DNA of 64,000 nucleotides from Myxococcota bacterium. GTDB taxonomy: Bacteria; Myxococcota_A; UBA9160; PR03. Location of the stretch: contig DATJPY010000022.1 in assembly GCA_035506135.1 (NCBI GenBank), positions 40,110 to 104,109 of the forward strand, read 5' to 3'. The notes beneath the pieces were generated by a model. The model ran no database searches and was not told where the DNA came from. It was given only the letters and a program-made list of their open reading frames with translations. The position numbers were made by a program, and so were the translations under genes. Below are positions 52,824-64,000 of this stretch, one piece after another (position 1 is the stretch's first letter; each line of letters opens with the position of its first letter).

Positions 52824-53266
52824 GGAGCGTGGAGCCCATCGAGGTCGCCGCCCGCGAGAGCATCCGCGACCTCGTCGCGCGCTACAACGCGACCGGCGAC
52901 TCGGGCCGCTTCGATGCGATGCTCGCGCTCTTCGCCGAGGATGCGACGCTCGAGGTCGAAGGAGAGAGGCTCCACGGCCGGCCCGCCATCCGCGCCTTCT
53001 TCGAGCGCGTGGCGGAGCGGACCGGCGCGGGGCGCGCCGCCGCCTTCGTCCGGCACTTCACCGCCACCCACCAGATCGACGTGCTCTCCGAGCGGGAGGC
53101 GCGCGGCCGCTGCTACTACGCCGTCCTCACCGAGCGCGGGCTCGACCACTGGGGCCTGTACCTCGACGAGTACCGCCGGCTCGACGGCCGCTGGCTCTTC
53201 CAGCGCCGCAAGATCACGATGGACGCCGCGATGCCTGGCGGCTGGGGCGACGCGCAGCGCCGCTGA
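52820..53266 (+). CDS. NTF2-like/SnoaL-like protein, 148 aa
   Basis: GTG at 52820 in a GTGA overlap. ..IRDLVARYNATGDSGRFDAMLALFAEDATL.. and ..YLDEYRRLDGRWLFQRR... Confidence 0.65.
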   Translation: MRSVEPIEVAARESIRDLVARYNATGDSGRFDAMLALFAEDATLEVEGERLHGRPAIRAFFERVAERTGAGRAAAFVRHFTATHQIDVLSEREARGRCYYAVLTERGLDHWGLYLDEYRRLDGRWLFQRRKITMDAAMPGGWGDAQRR

Positions 53267-53489
53267 CGCGCTCGCGGCTCGGCGCTCTGCGACGCAAGGG
53301 CACGCGCCGAGGCATAATGCCACATCTCCGAACCGAGACTGCCAGCGGCGAGACATCGGATCGATCTCTTCGCGAGGCTGACGAACCTCCCGTTCCCGGC
53401 TGAGCCCGACGCGAGCGGTCTTGCTCGCGAAGGACTCCCGGCACGCTCTTTGCTGGCCTACTTCGGTTGGGCAGGAACGAGGAAGGGGC

Positions 53490-54194
53490 GTGGTGCGATC
53501 ACGATCCGTCGAGTCGATGGTCGCCGAGCAGGTTCGGCGCTGGGAACTGGGGCGGCCTCGGGGTATGCGTCGTCCGTGCGTCGCGATCTCGCACTTCCCG
53601 AGCTCCGGGGGGCACGCAGTGGGCCGCCGTGTGGCAGATCTCCTCGGCTACGGCTTCTTCGACCGCGAGATCATCGATCAGATCGTGCGGGATGAGGGCG
53701 TCCAGCAGCGACTCGTCAGGGAGCTCGACGAACACGTCCGCAGCGCCATCGACCGATACCTCCTCGACGCGTTTCGCGGGGGCAACTTCACGGAGAGTGA
53801 CTACCTGAAGAGCGTGATCCGCGTGCTCCAGGCGCTCGGACACGAGGGCGCCGCCGTCGTGCTCGGGCGCGGAGCTCCCTTCGTTCTCTCCGGGAGGCAG
53901 GCGCTGCGCGTGCTCGTCGTGGCGCCGACTCCCCAGCGCATCGATCGGCTGGCGCAGAAGCTGAGCTTGGATCTCGTGCCCGCGGCGAAGAGGCTCGAGC
54001 AGGATGAGAGCAATCGGCGCGAGTTCCTGCGCCATCACTTCGGGATCGATCGCCAAGACGATCCCATGCTCTACGACCTCGTGGTCAACACGGGTGGTCT
54101 TTCCGTAGACGTCGCCGCGGATCTGGTCGCCGATGCGGTCCGCCGTCGGTTTCCGCAAGAACGCTCCGCGGAGGCATTCGCGACCCATCCATAG
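53490..54194 (+). CDS. cytidylate-kinase-like family (Cytidylate_kin2-type) protein, ~234 aa
   Basis: ..VAISHFPSSGGHAVGRRVADLLGYGFFDREIIDQI.. degenerate P-loop region typical of this family. Start uncertain (GTG 53490/53493 or ATG 53517). Confidence 0.6.
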   Translation: MVRSRSVESMVAEQVRRWELGRPRGMRRPCVAISHFPSSGGHAVGRRVADLLGYGFFDREIIDQIVRDEGVQQRLVRELDEHVRSAIDRYLLDAFRGGNFTESDYLKSVIRVLQALGHEGAAVVLGRGAPFVLSGRQALRVLVVAPTPQRIDRLAQKLSLDLVPAAKRLEQDESNRREFLRHHFGIDRQDDPMLYDLVVNTGGLSVDVAADLVADAVRRRFPQERSAEAFATHP

Positions 54195-54300
54195 AAGTCG
54201 CGGGCGCCTGAGACGTTGGGTGAGCGATGGGCTCTCCCGCGCATCGTCGAACGGAGGTCTGGGTCGTGGAGAGGTTGCGCGTTCGCGAGAGGAAGGGTCG

Positions 54301-54567
54301 ATGACCGGGCACGACTGGCTGATCGTCATCTCGGTGGCGGCGGCGGGGATCACCATGGCCGCGGGTGCGGTAGGAGCCGCAATCGGGGAGAGTCGCATCG
54401 GAGCGGCCGCCCTGGACGCGCTCGCTCGCCAGCCCGATGCTTCGTCTTCCATCACGCGGACGCTCTTCGTGAGCCTCGCCATGGTGGAGTCGACGGCGAT
54501 CTTCTGTCTCGTCGTGGCGCTGATCCTGCTCTTCGCCAACCCGTTCACGACCGCGGCCACGGGCTAG
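54301..54567 (+). CDS. atpE: ATPase c subunit (N-type/F-type rotor ring), 88 aa
   Basis: ATG after AGGAAGGG. Two-helix hairpin with ARQP loop. Ion-site motif ..AMVESTAIF.. plus E30 in helix 1. Confidence 0.9.
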   Translation: MTGHDWLIVISVAAAGITMAAGAVGAAIGESRIGAAALDALARQPDASSSITRTLFVSLAMVESTAIFCLVVALILLFANPFTTAATG

Positions 54568-54576
54568 TGCGCGGCG

Positions 54577-55303
54577 GTGTCGCCGAGCTGGGCCACATTC
54601 TTGTTCGAAGCCGCGAACTTCCTTCTCCTTGCGGCGCTGCTCGGCTGGCTCTTCTTCCGGCCGGTGCGGGATGCGCTCGAGCGGCGTCGGGCTGCCCTGG
54701 AGACGGAGGAGCGTGAAGCGGCCGAGAAGCGCTCTGAGGCGGAGCGCACGTTGGCCGAGGCGACGGCGCGGCGCCGAGCGCTCGAGACCTCGCTCGCCGA
54801 CCTGCGGGAGCGCGCTCTCCGTGAAGCGGAGGACGAGCGAGCGCGGTTGATCGCGGCGGCGCGGGAGCAGGCGCAACGAGAGCGCGAGACCTTCAAGGCG
54901 GAGCTGGTGGCCCTCCGGCTGGATCAGGCGCACGCGATCGCCCTGGACGCCGCAGCTGCCGCGCGCGAGATCGTCGTGGGCCTGCTCGAACGGATCGACG
55001 CGCCTGGACTGGAGGATGCGCTCCTCGCGACCGTGCGCCGCCAGATCACCGAGCTGGCTGCAGGCGGCCCGCTCGGCCCCCTGATCGTGGAGGCGGCGGC
55101 GGGGCTCGCTCCCGAAGCCCTCGCCGCCCTCGCCGACGCCGCGAAGGTTTCCGCCGCCGAGGTGACTCAGCGATTCGTCCCCAGCCTCGTAGCCGGGCTC
55201 CGCGTCCTGACGACGCGAGGTCTCGTCGATGCGTCTGCCGTCGGCCTCGCTGCCCAAGCCGAGCGCGCGCTCGTCATCGAGCTCGAGACGGAGGAATCGG
55301 AGC

Positions 55304-55311
<8 letters not shown>
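54577..55311 (+). CDS. atpF: ATPase b subunit with extended C-terminal region, 244 aa
   Basis: GTG start. N-terminal TM (FLFEAANFLLLAALLGWLFF), long Ala/Glu/Arg coiled coil, extra ~90-aa tail. Confidence 0.8.
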
Positions 55312-59459
<4,148 letters not shown>

Positions 59460-59463
<4 letters not shown>

Positions 59464-59753
59464 GCGGGGCCTCGCCCCCCAACGGGCGTCCCGATGCACG
59501 TCGCTCCCTGGAGCGCGACGTGAGCCGCTACGCGCGCCGCGAGCCCTCCGGGGCGACGTTTTGGCGTTCGCTCTCCCTGCTCGGCACGGTCGGCTGGTCG
59601 ATCTCGATTCCCGCGGTGCTCGGAGCGTGGCTCGGACATCGCCTCGACGTCCGCTTCGAGACGGGAGTGCACTTCACCCTGATCCTGCTCACCCTGGGCG
59701 TAATCATCGGAAGCGTCGTGGTCTGGCGCGTGCTCCGCAGCCATCAGGAGTGA
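59460..59753 (+). CDS. atpQ: AtpQ-like (ATPase_gene1/AtpI-related) small membrane protein of N-ATPase operons, 97 aa
   Basis: ..FWRSLSLLGTVGWSISIPAVLGAWLGHRLD..FTLILLTLGVIIG.. two-TM pattern of the putative F0F1-ATPase-subunit family. 4-nt overlap with epsilon. Confidence 0.7.
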
Positions 59754-59761
59754 CGACGGGA

Positions 59762-60427
59762 ATGCAGGTCTTCGGAGAGTCGGTCTGGCTTCATCTCGGC
59801 CCGGTCCCGCTCACGGGGACGATCCTCACCTCCTTCGTGATCACCGCGGTGCTGGTCTCCTCCGCGCTCGGCCTGCGTTGGTGCGTTCGCGAGCGGCCGC
59901 GCGGAACGCTCGCCGCTCTCGCCTTCCTCACCGTCGAGGAGCTGGACCGACTGGTGCGCGACGTCGCCGGACGATCCGAGCCGGGGCTCCTCACGCTGGC
60001 GGGGACACTCTTCCTCTTCATCGCCGCCTGCAACCTCTCCGGCCAGCTCCCGGGCGTGCGGCCGCCGACGGCGAGCCTCGCCACCACCTCTGCCCTGGCC
60101 ATCGTCGTGTTCTGCGCGGTGCCTGTTGCGGGCGTCCGTGCACGCGGAGTGCGCGACTATCTGATGAACTACTTCCGCCCCAATCCTCTCCTCGCGCCTC
60201 TGCACATCATCTCGGAGCTCTCGCGCACCCTCGCCCTTTCCGTTCGGCTGTTCGGGAACATGATGTCGGGCCACCTCGTCGTCGCCCTGCTCGTGGCCCT
60301 CACGGGCTTCCTGGTGCCGATGCCGCTCATGGCTCTCGACGTCCTGATCGGTCTGCTGCAGGCCTACATCTTCGCAGTGCTCGCCACGGTCTACGTCGGC
60401 GCGGCGATTCGCGTCGGAGAGACCTGA
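59762..60427 (+). CDS. atpB: ATPase a subunit, 221 aa
   Basis: ATG at 59762. Essential-Arg helix ..LALSVRLFGNMMSGH.. and ..LLQAYIFAVLATVY... Confidence 0.9.
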   Translation: MQVFGESVWLHLGPVPLTGTILTSFVITAVLVSSALGLRWCVRERPRGTLAALAFLTVEELDRLVRDVAGRSEPGLLTLAGTLFLFIAACNLSGQLPGVRPPTASLATTSALAIVVFCAVPVAGVRARGVRDYLMNYFRPNPLLAPLHIISELSRTLALSVRLFGNMMSGHLVVALLVALTGFLVPMPLMALDVLIGLLQAYIFAVLATVYVGAAIRVGET

Positions 60428-60497
60428 AGGCGAGAGGACCCCGCACAGGAGCGCGCTCGATCGGAGCCGACGAGCCAGAGGGGGATCGACATCGCCC

Positions 60498-62333
60498 ATG
60501 CTGAGCGTAGTTCGCCCGCCGGGCGACGAGGCTACGGTCCGCGCCGCGCCCGATACACCCGGATGTGCCTCGCACGCGAAGAAGTGGGTCCTCACCGCGA
60601 CGATCCTCGGCTCGGGCATGGCCTTCCTCGAGGCCTCGGTGATCAACGTCGCACTGCCCGCGATCCAGACCGCCCTCTCCGCGTCCGTGCCGCAGCTCCA
60701 GGGGATCGGCACGGCCTACACCGTCGCTCTCGCCGCGCTCGCACTGGCCGGCGGCGCTGCGGGCGATCGCTTCGGGAAGCGGCGCCTCTTCAGCTGGGGC
60801 GCCGTGGGCCTCGCGGCCGCATCGCTCGGATGTGGGCTCGCCGGCGATGCGGCGCAGCTCATCGCGTTCCGCGCGCTCCAGGGGCTCGCCGCCGCGCTGC
60901 TGGTGCCGAACAGCCTGTCGCTCCTGAGCGCATCGTTCCCCAAGGCCGAGCGCGGGCGCGCGATCGGCGCGTGGACGGGCGCGACTGCCTTCTTCGGAGC
61001 CGTCGGCCCCATCCTGGGAGGCTTCCTCGTCGACGTCGCGTCGTGGCGCGCCGCCTTCTTCCTGGTCGTCCCCCTGGCCCTCCTCACGGTGGCGGTCGCG
61101 AGATTTCGGGTCCCGGTGCCTCCGACCCTCCGGCGCGCGCCCCCCGTCGACTGGATCGGCGCAGCCCTCTCCGCGCTCGGCATCGGCGCAATGATCTCCG
61201 CCATCATCCTCTCGCCCGTTCGAGGCGCGGCGGCGCTCCCCCTCCTCGCGATCGGAGCGCTCGCGCTCGCGAGCTTCGGCTGGCTCGAGCGCCGAAATCC
61301 CGCTCCGATGGTTCCCCCGCGACTGCTGTTCTCCGGCTCGTTCCTCGGCGCGAACGCCCTCACGCTCCTGCTCTACTTCGCCGTGACGTCCGTCTTCTTC
61401 CTGCTCCCCTTCGATCTGATCCTGGTACAACACTATTCTGCGACTCGAACGGGAGCAGCCTTCCTCCCGTTCGCGGTCATCGTCGGCGTCTCGTCCCGCT
61501 GGGCGGGCGCCCTCGGCGACCGCTGGGGCGCGAAGCGGCTGCTCGCCCTCGGCTCGCTCGTCACCGCCGCAGGGCTCGCCCTGTTCGCGCTGCCGGGCAT
61601 CGGCGGCTCGTATGGATCGACGTTCTTCCCGCCGATCGCAGGGGTCGGGCTCGGGATGGCGCTCAGCGCCACGCCGCTCGCGACCTTGGTCCTGGATGCC
61701 GTCGCTCCGTCCGAGGCGGGCATCGCCTCCGGCGTCAACAGCACCGTCGCGCGATTCGCGGCACTGCTCGGCGTCGCCGTCGTCGGCGGCCTCGCGCTGG
61801 CTCTCTTCACGCGGGCGATCGACCGGCAGGCAGAGCTCGCTGCGCTGCCGCCCTCGCTCCGCCAGGCGCTCCGCGGAGAGCGACGAGGCTTCGCCGACGT
61901 GAGCATTCCCGAATCCGTGCAGGGCCCCGATCGGACACGGCTCGAGGACCTCGTCGCGGGGGCGTTCGTGTCGAGCTTCCGCTCCGTCGCGGGCCTCGGC
62001 GCGGGCGTGGCGCTGGCCACCGCGCTCGCGACGGCGCTCGTCCGGACCGCGGGCGCGAGCCAGCGCGAGGAGCTGCCCGCGGTCTCGTGCACGCACCTGG
62101 CGCAGATCGCTCCGGTGACGGCGTCCTCGCGCGGATGCGAGGAGTGTCTGCGGCTCGGCGATCGCTGGGTGCATCTCCGGCTCTGCCTCTCCTGCGGACA
62201 CGTGGGCTGCTGCGACTCGTCGAAGAACCGGCACGCGACGGCGCACTTCTGGTCGACGAGCCACCCGATCGCGCGATCGTTCGAGCCGGGCGAGGACTGG
62301 CGCTGGTGCTACGTCGACGAGGTCGTCGTCTAG
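60498..62333 (+). CDS. MFS (DHA2/EmrB-type, ~14 TM) transporter fused to a C-terminal UBP-type zinc-finger domain, 611 aa
   Basis: MFS motifs ..AGDRFGKRRLF.., ..LQGLAAALLVPNSLSLL... The last ~85 aa read CEECLRLGDRWVHLRLCLSCGHVGCCDSSKNRHATAHFWSTSHP (Cys/His pattern of zf-UBP). Confidence 0.8.
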   Translation: MLSVVRPPGDEATVRAAPDTPGCASHAKKWVLTATILGSGMAFLEASVINVALPAIQTALSASVPQLQGIGTAYTVALAALALAGGAAGDRFGKRRLFSWGAVGLAAASLGCGLAGDAAQLIAFRALQGLAAALLVPNSLSLLSASFPKAERGRAIGAWTGATAFFGAVGPILGGFLVDVASWRAAFFLVVPLALLTVAVARFRVPVPPTLRRAPPVDWIGAALSALGIGAMISAIILSPVRGAAALPLLAIGALALASFGWLERRNPAPMVPPRLLFSGSFLGANALTLLLYFAVTSVFFLLPFDLILVQHYSATRTGAAFLPFAVIVGVSSRWAGALGDRWGAKRLLALGSLVTAAGLALFALPGIGGSYGSTFFPPIAGVGLGMALSATPLATLVLDAVAPSEAGIASGVNSTVARFAALLGVAVVGGLALALFTRAIDRQAELAALPPSLRQALRGERRGFADVSIPESVQGPDRTRLEDLVAGAFVSSFRSVAGLGAGVALATALATALVRTAGASQREELPAVSCTHLAQIAPVTASSRGCEECLRLGDRWVHLRLCLSCGHVGCCDSSKNRHATAHFWSTSHPIARSFEPGEDWRWCYVDEVVV

Positions 62334-62459
62334 AGCGGGAGCTCGTAGCCGGGGCGGAACGGCCGCTTCGAGCCGAAATCGAGGAGACTGGATGGGTCGC
62401 AACTTGACCTTGCGGATCGGAAGGTGGAGCATGATCGGCGCGATTCAGGAGGGCCGATC

Positions 62460-62852
62460 ATGAGGAGAGCGCTTTCGCTTCTCTCTCTCCTGCTCTTGAT
62501 CAACGTTCCCTGCTCCGCACAGAGCAACTGGACGCCGACGGTGGATAGCTTCGGAAGCTCTCGGTCCCAGTACCTCTCGCGGGACATGTGGGAGTGCCGC
62601 CAGCTCGCCGGTCAGACCTCGGGCTCGCGGGCCGGATCCGCCGTCGGCGGAGCCCTGCGCGGCGGAGCCGTTGGCGCCGCCGGCGGCGCGGCCATGGGCG
62701 CGGTCTTCGGCAACGCCGGCCGAGGAGCCGCGATCGGCGCCGCCGCGGGCGGCATCGGCCGCGGCGCCCAGCAGGCCAATGCATCCGAGGCGCAGTTCCG
62801 GCAGGCCTTCAGCAACTGCCTCCGGGCACGCGGCCACAACGTCCTCAACTGA
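62460..62852 (+). CDS. secreted glycine-zipper protein, 130 aa
   Basis: ATG at 62460 after GGAGG. Signal peptide MRRALSLLSLLLLINVPCSA. Gly/Ala-rich zipper ..GAVGAAGGAAMGAVFGNAGRGAAIGAAAGGIG... Confidence 0.7.
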   Translation: MRRALSLLSLLLLINVPCSAQSNWTPTVDSFGSSRSQYLSRDMWECRQLAGQTSGSRAGSAVGGALRGGAVGAAGGAAMGAVFGNAGRGAAIGAAAGGIGRGAQQANASEAQFRQAFSNCLRARGHNVLN

Positions 62853-62886
62853 GCCTACCCATGCCGGCAGATCGAGGAGGCCTTCG

Positions 62887-63327
62887 ATGAACACCCGCTC
62901 GGCTCTCATCAAGGTGAGCGTGGCTCTCGCCGTGGCCCTCTTCGCGTGGGCTCCCGCAACGAGAGCCGACGATGGACTTGCCAACACGCTCGAGAAGGTC
63001 TCGAAGGATCAGATCGCGGCGTTCAATCGCAAGGACGTGGCCGCGACGATGTCGTACGCGCACACCAAGTCGCCGACCTACGACGAGGGCCGCGACGAGA
63101 TCACCGCCGCGTTCAAGGACTCGAACCCGCAGGCCGAGCTGGTCTCCTTCCAGTACATCGGACACGACGACGAGTTCGCCCTGGCGCGCGTGAAGGTGAA
63201 GGTCACATCGCCCGGAACGGAAGGCTTCCAGCCCAACCTCGTCGACACCGTCACACTCTTCCATCAGGAAGGAGGGGTCTGGAAGGTCTGGGACATCTAC
63301 CTGGTCGGCGGCGATCTGGTGAAGTGA
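62887..63327 (+). CDS. secreted NTF2-like (DUF4440/SnoaL-like) protein, 146 aa
   Basis: ATG at 62887 after GAGGAGG. Signal peptide ..VSVALAVALFAWAPATRA. ..FHQEGGVWKVWDIYLVG.. C-terminal strand pattern. Confidence 0.6.
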   Translation: MNTRSALIKVSVALAVALFAWAPATRADDGLANTLEKVSKDQIAAFNRKDVAATMSYAHTKSPTYDEGRDEITAAFKDSNPQAELVSFQYIGHDDEFALARVKVKVTSPGTEGFQPNLVDTVTLFHQEGGVWKVWDIYLVGGDLVK

Positions 63328-63386
63328 ACCGCTCGTACACCGATGTGGGCGTCTACCTGAATGCAGCATCCGGCGCGACGATCGAA

Positions 63387-64000
63387 ATGACCCCCGAGCG
63401 CCTCGGGCCGCAGGCCGGATCGCGCGCTCGAACGCTCGACTGGGTGCTCACGCTGCCGTTCCTGATTGCATTCGGGACGGTCCTCGTGGTCTTCGATCCG
63501 CTCCAGCGCGTGGCGCGGCTCTTCGGGTCCAGGCCCCACGAGATCGTCGTCGGCTGGCTCCAGGCCGCGCTCGTCGGCGCCATCCATCTCTGCGGCACGC
63601 GCCTCGAAGTGGAGCGCTCGCCGGGCGTGCGCCGGAGCACGCCCTACGTGCTGATTGCCAACCATCAGAGCATGTTCGACATCCCCATCCTCGGCGCACT
63701 GCTCTTCACGAACTATCCGAAGTACGTGTCGAAGCGGGAGCTTGGCCGCTGGATCCCGAGCATCTCGTACAATTTGCGACACGGCGGCAATGCTCTCATC
63801 GATCGCGCCGACCGCGACCAGGCGGTCGAGGCGATTCGCGCCCTCGGCGAGCGCGCACAGGCGCGCGGCGTCTCGGTCGTGATCTATCCCGAGGGTACGC
63901 GCTCACGCGCGGGGGAGCTCAAGCCCTTCAAGCCGGCGGGTGCAATCGCGCTGCTGCGGGCAGCGCCTGCGCTCGATGTCGTGCCGGTGACGATCGACGA
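63387..64000 (+). CDS. plsC: 1-acyl-sn-glycerol-3-phosphate (lysophospholipid) acyltransferase, 3' end outside window
   Basis: Frame 3 is open to the window end. Acyltransferase block I ANHQSMFDI and block III YPEGTRS. Start uncertain (ATG 63387, or GTG 63324 in a GTGA overlap). Confidence 0.75.
   Translation, partial: MTPERLGPQAGSRARTLDWVLTLPFLIAFGTVLVVFDPLQRVARLFGSRPHEIVVGWLQAALVGAIHLCGTRLEVERSPGVRRSTPYVLIANHQSMFDIPILGALLFTNYPKYVSKRELGRWIPSISYNLRHGGNALIDRADRDQAVEAIRALGERAQARGVSVVIYPEGTRSRAGELKPFKPAGAIALLRAAPALDVVPVTID

Noticed and set aside
53410-53429. Hairpin CGCGAGC-ggtctt-GCTCGCG, and a GGCAT-a-ATGCC palindrome at 53311-53321, in the 220-bp spacer before the cytidylate-kinase-like gene. 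I considered them as a terminator, sRNA or riboswitch.
   Set aside because: The stems are short with no U-tract, and I recognised no conserved riboswitch core. This is not enough to call an RNA feature.

Overview
This is a very GC-rich bacterial chromosomal segment in which nearly all third codon positions are G/C. I call about 66 protein-coding genes. I recognised no rRNA, tRNA, CRISPR array, transposase or integrase. All family names come from motifs read by eye in the supplied translations, with no database search. Start codons are often GTG or TTG in 4-nt stop/start overlaps and are my best guesses.

Layout:
- (i) 1-8.1 kb: the 3' end of a STAND/TPR-type regulator, then a hydrolase and a DUF2889-like pair. 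A decayed exopolysaccharide/PEP-CTERM-type patch follows. A near-consensus sigma-54 promoter then leads into an asnB-like amidotransferase and an ELM1-like gene.
- (ii) 8.1-24.9 kb: one 15-gene minus-strand oxidation/beta-oxidation operon headed by a TetR gene. It holds 3 P450s, 4 SDRs, an aldehyde dehydrogenase, an amidohydrolase, an acyl-CoA dehydrogenase (ACAD) pair, a DUF35-thiolase fusion, a signal-less solute-binding-like protein and an AveC-like membrane protein.
- (iii) 24.9-38.4 kb: a divergent amidohydrolase and two acyl-CoA ligases, two more ACAD pairs, a crotonase, MarC, a PqqC/CADD-like protein with DUF1330, a KshB-type reductase and an LLM oxidoreductase.
- (iv) 38.5-53.3 kb: the most unusual part. 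Two mirror-image Rieske oxygenase modules, each with a conserved 111-aa partner and a shared ~60-bp promoter element, flank an AveC-like/NorQ-like/NorD-like/epimerase chain. The left module runs on into two tandem paralogous 6-TM proteins and orphan CoxIII-like and CoxIV-like subunits. This amounts to a nor/nir accessory gene set with no NorB/NorC.
- (v) 53.5-60.4 kb: an N-type (delta-less, AtpQ-containing) ATPase operon in a permuted gene order.
- (vi) 60.5-64 kb: an MFS transporter fused to a UBP-type zinc finger, two small secreted proteins, and a 3'-truncated PlsC-like acyltransferase.
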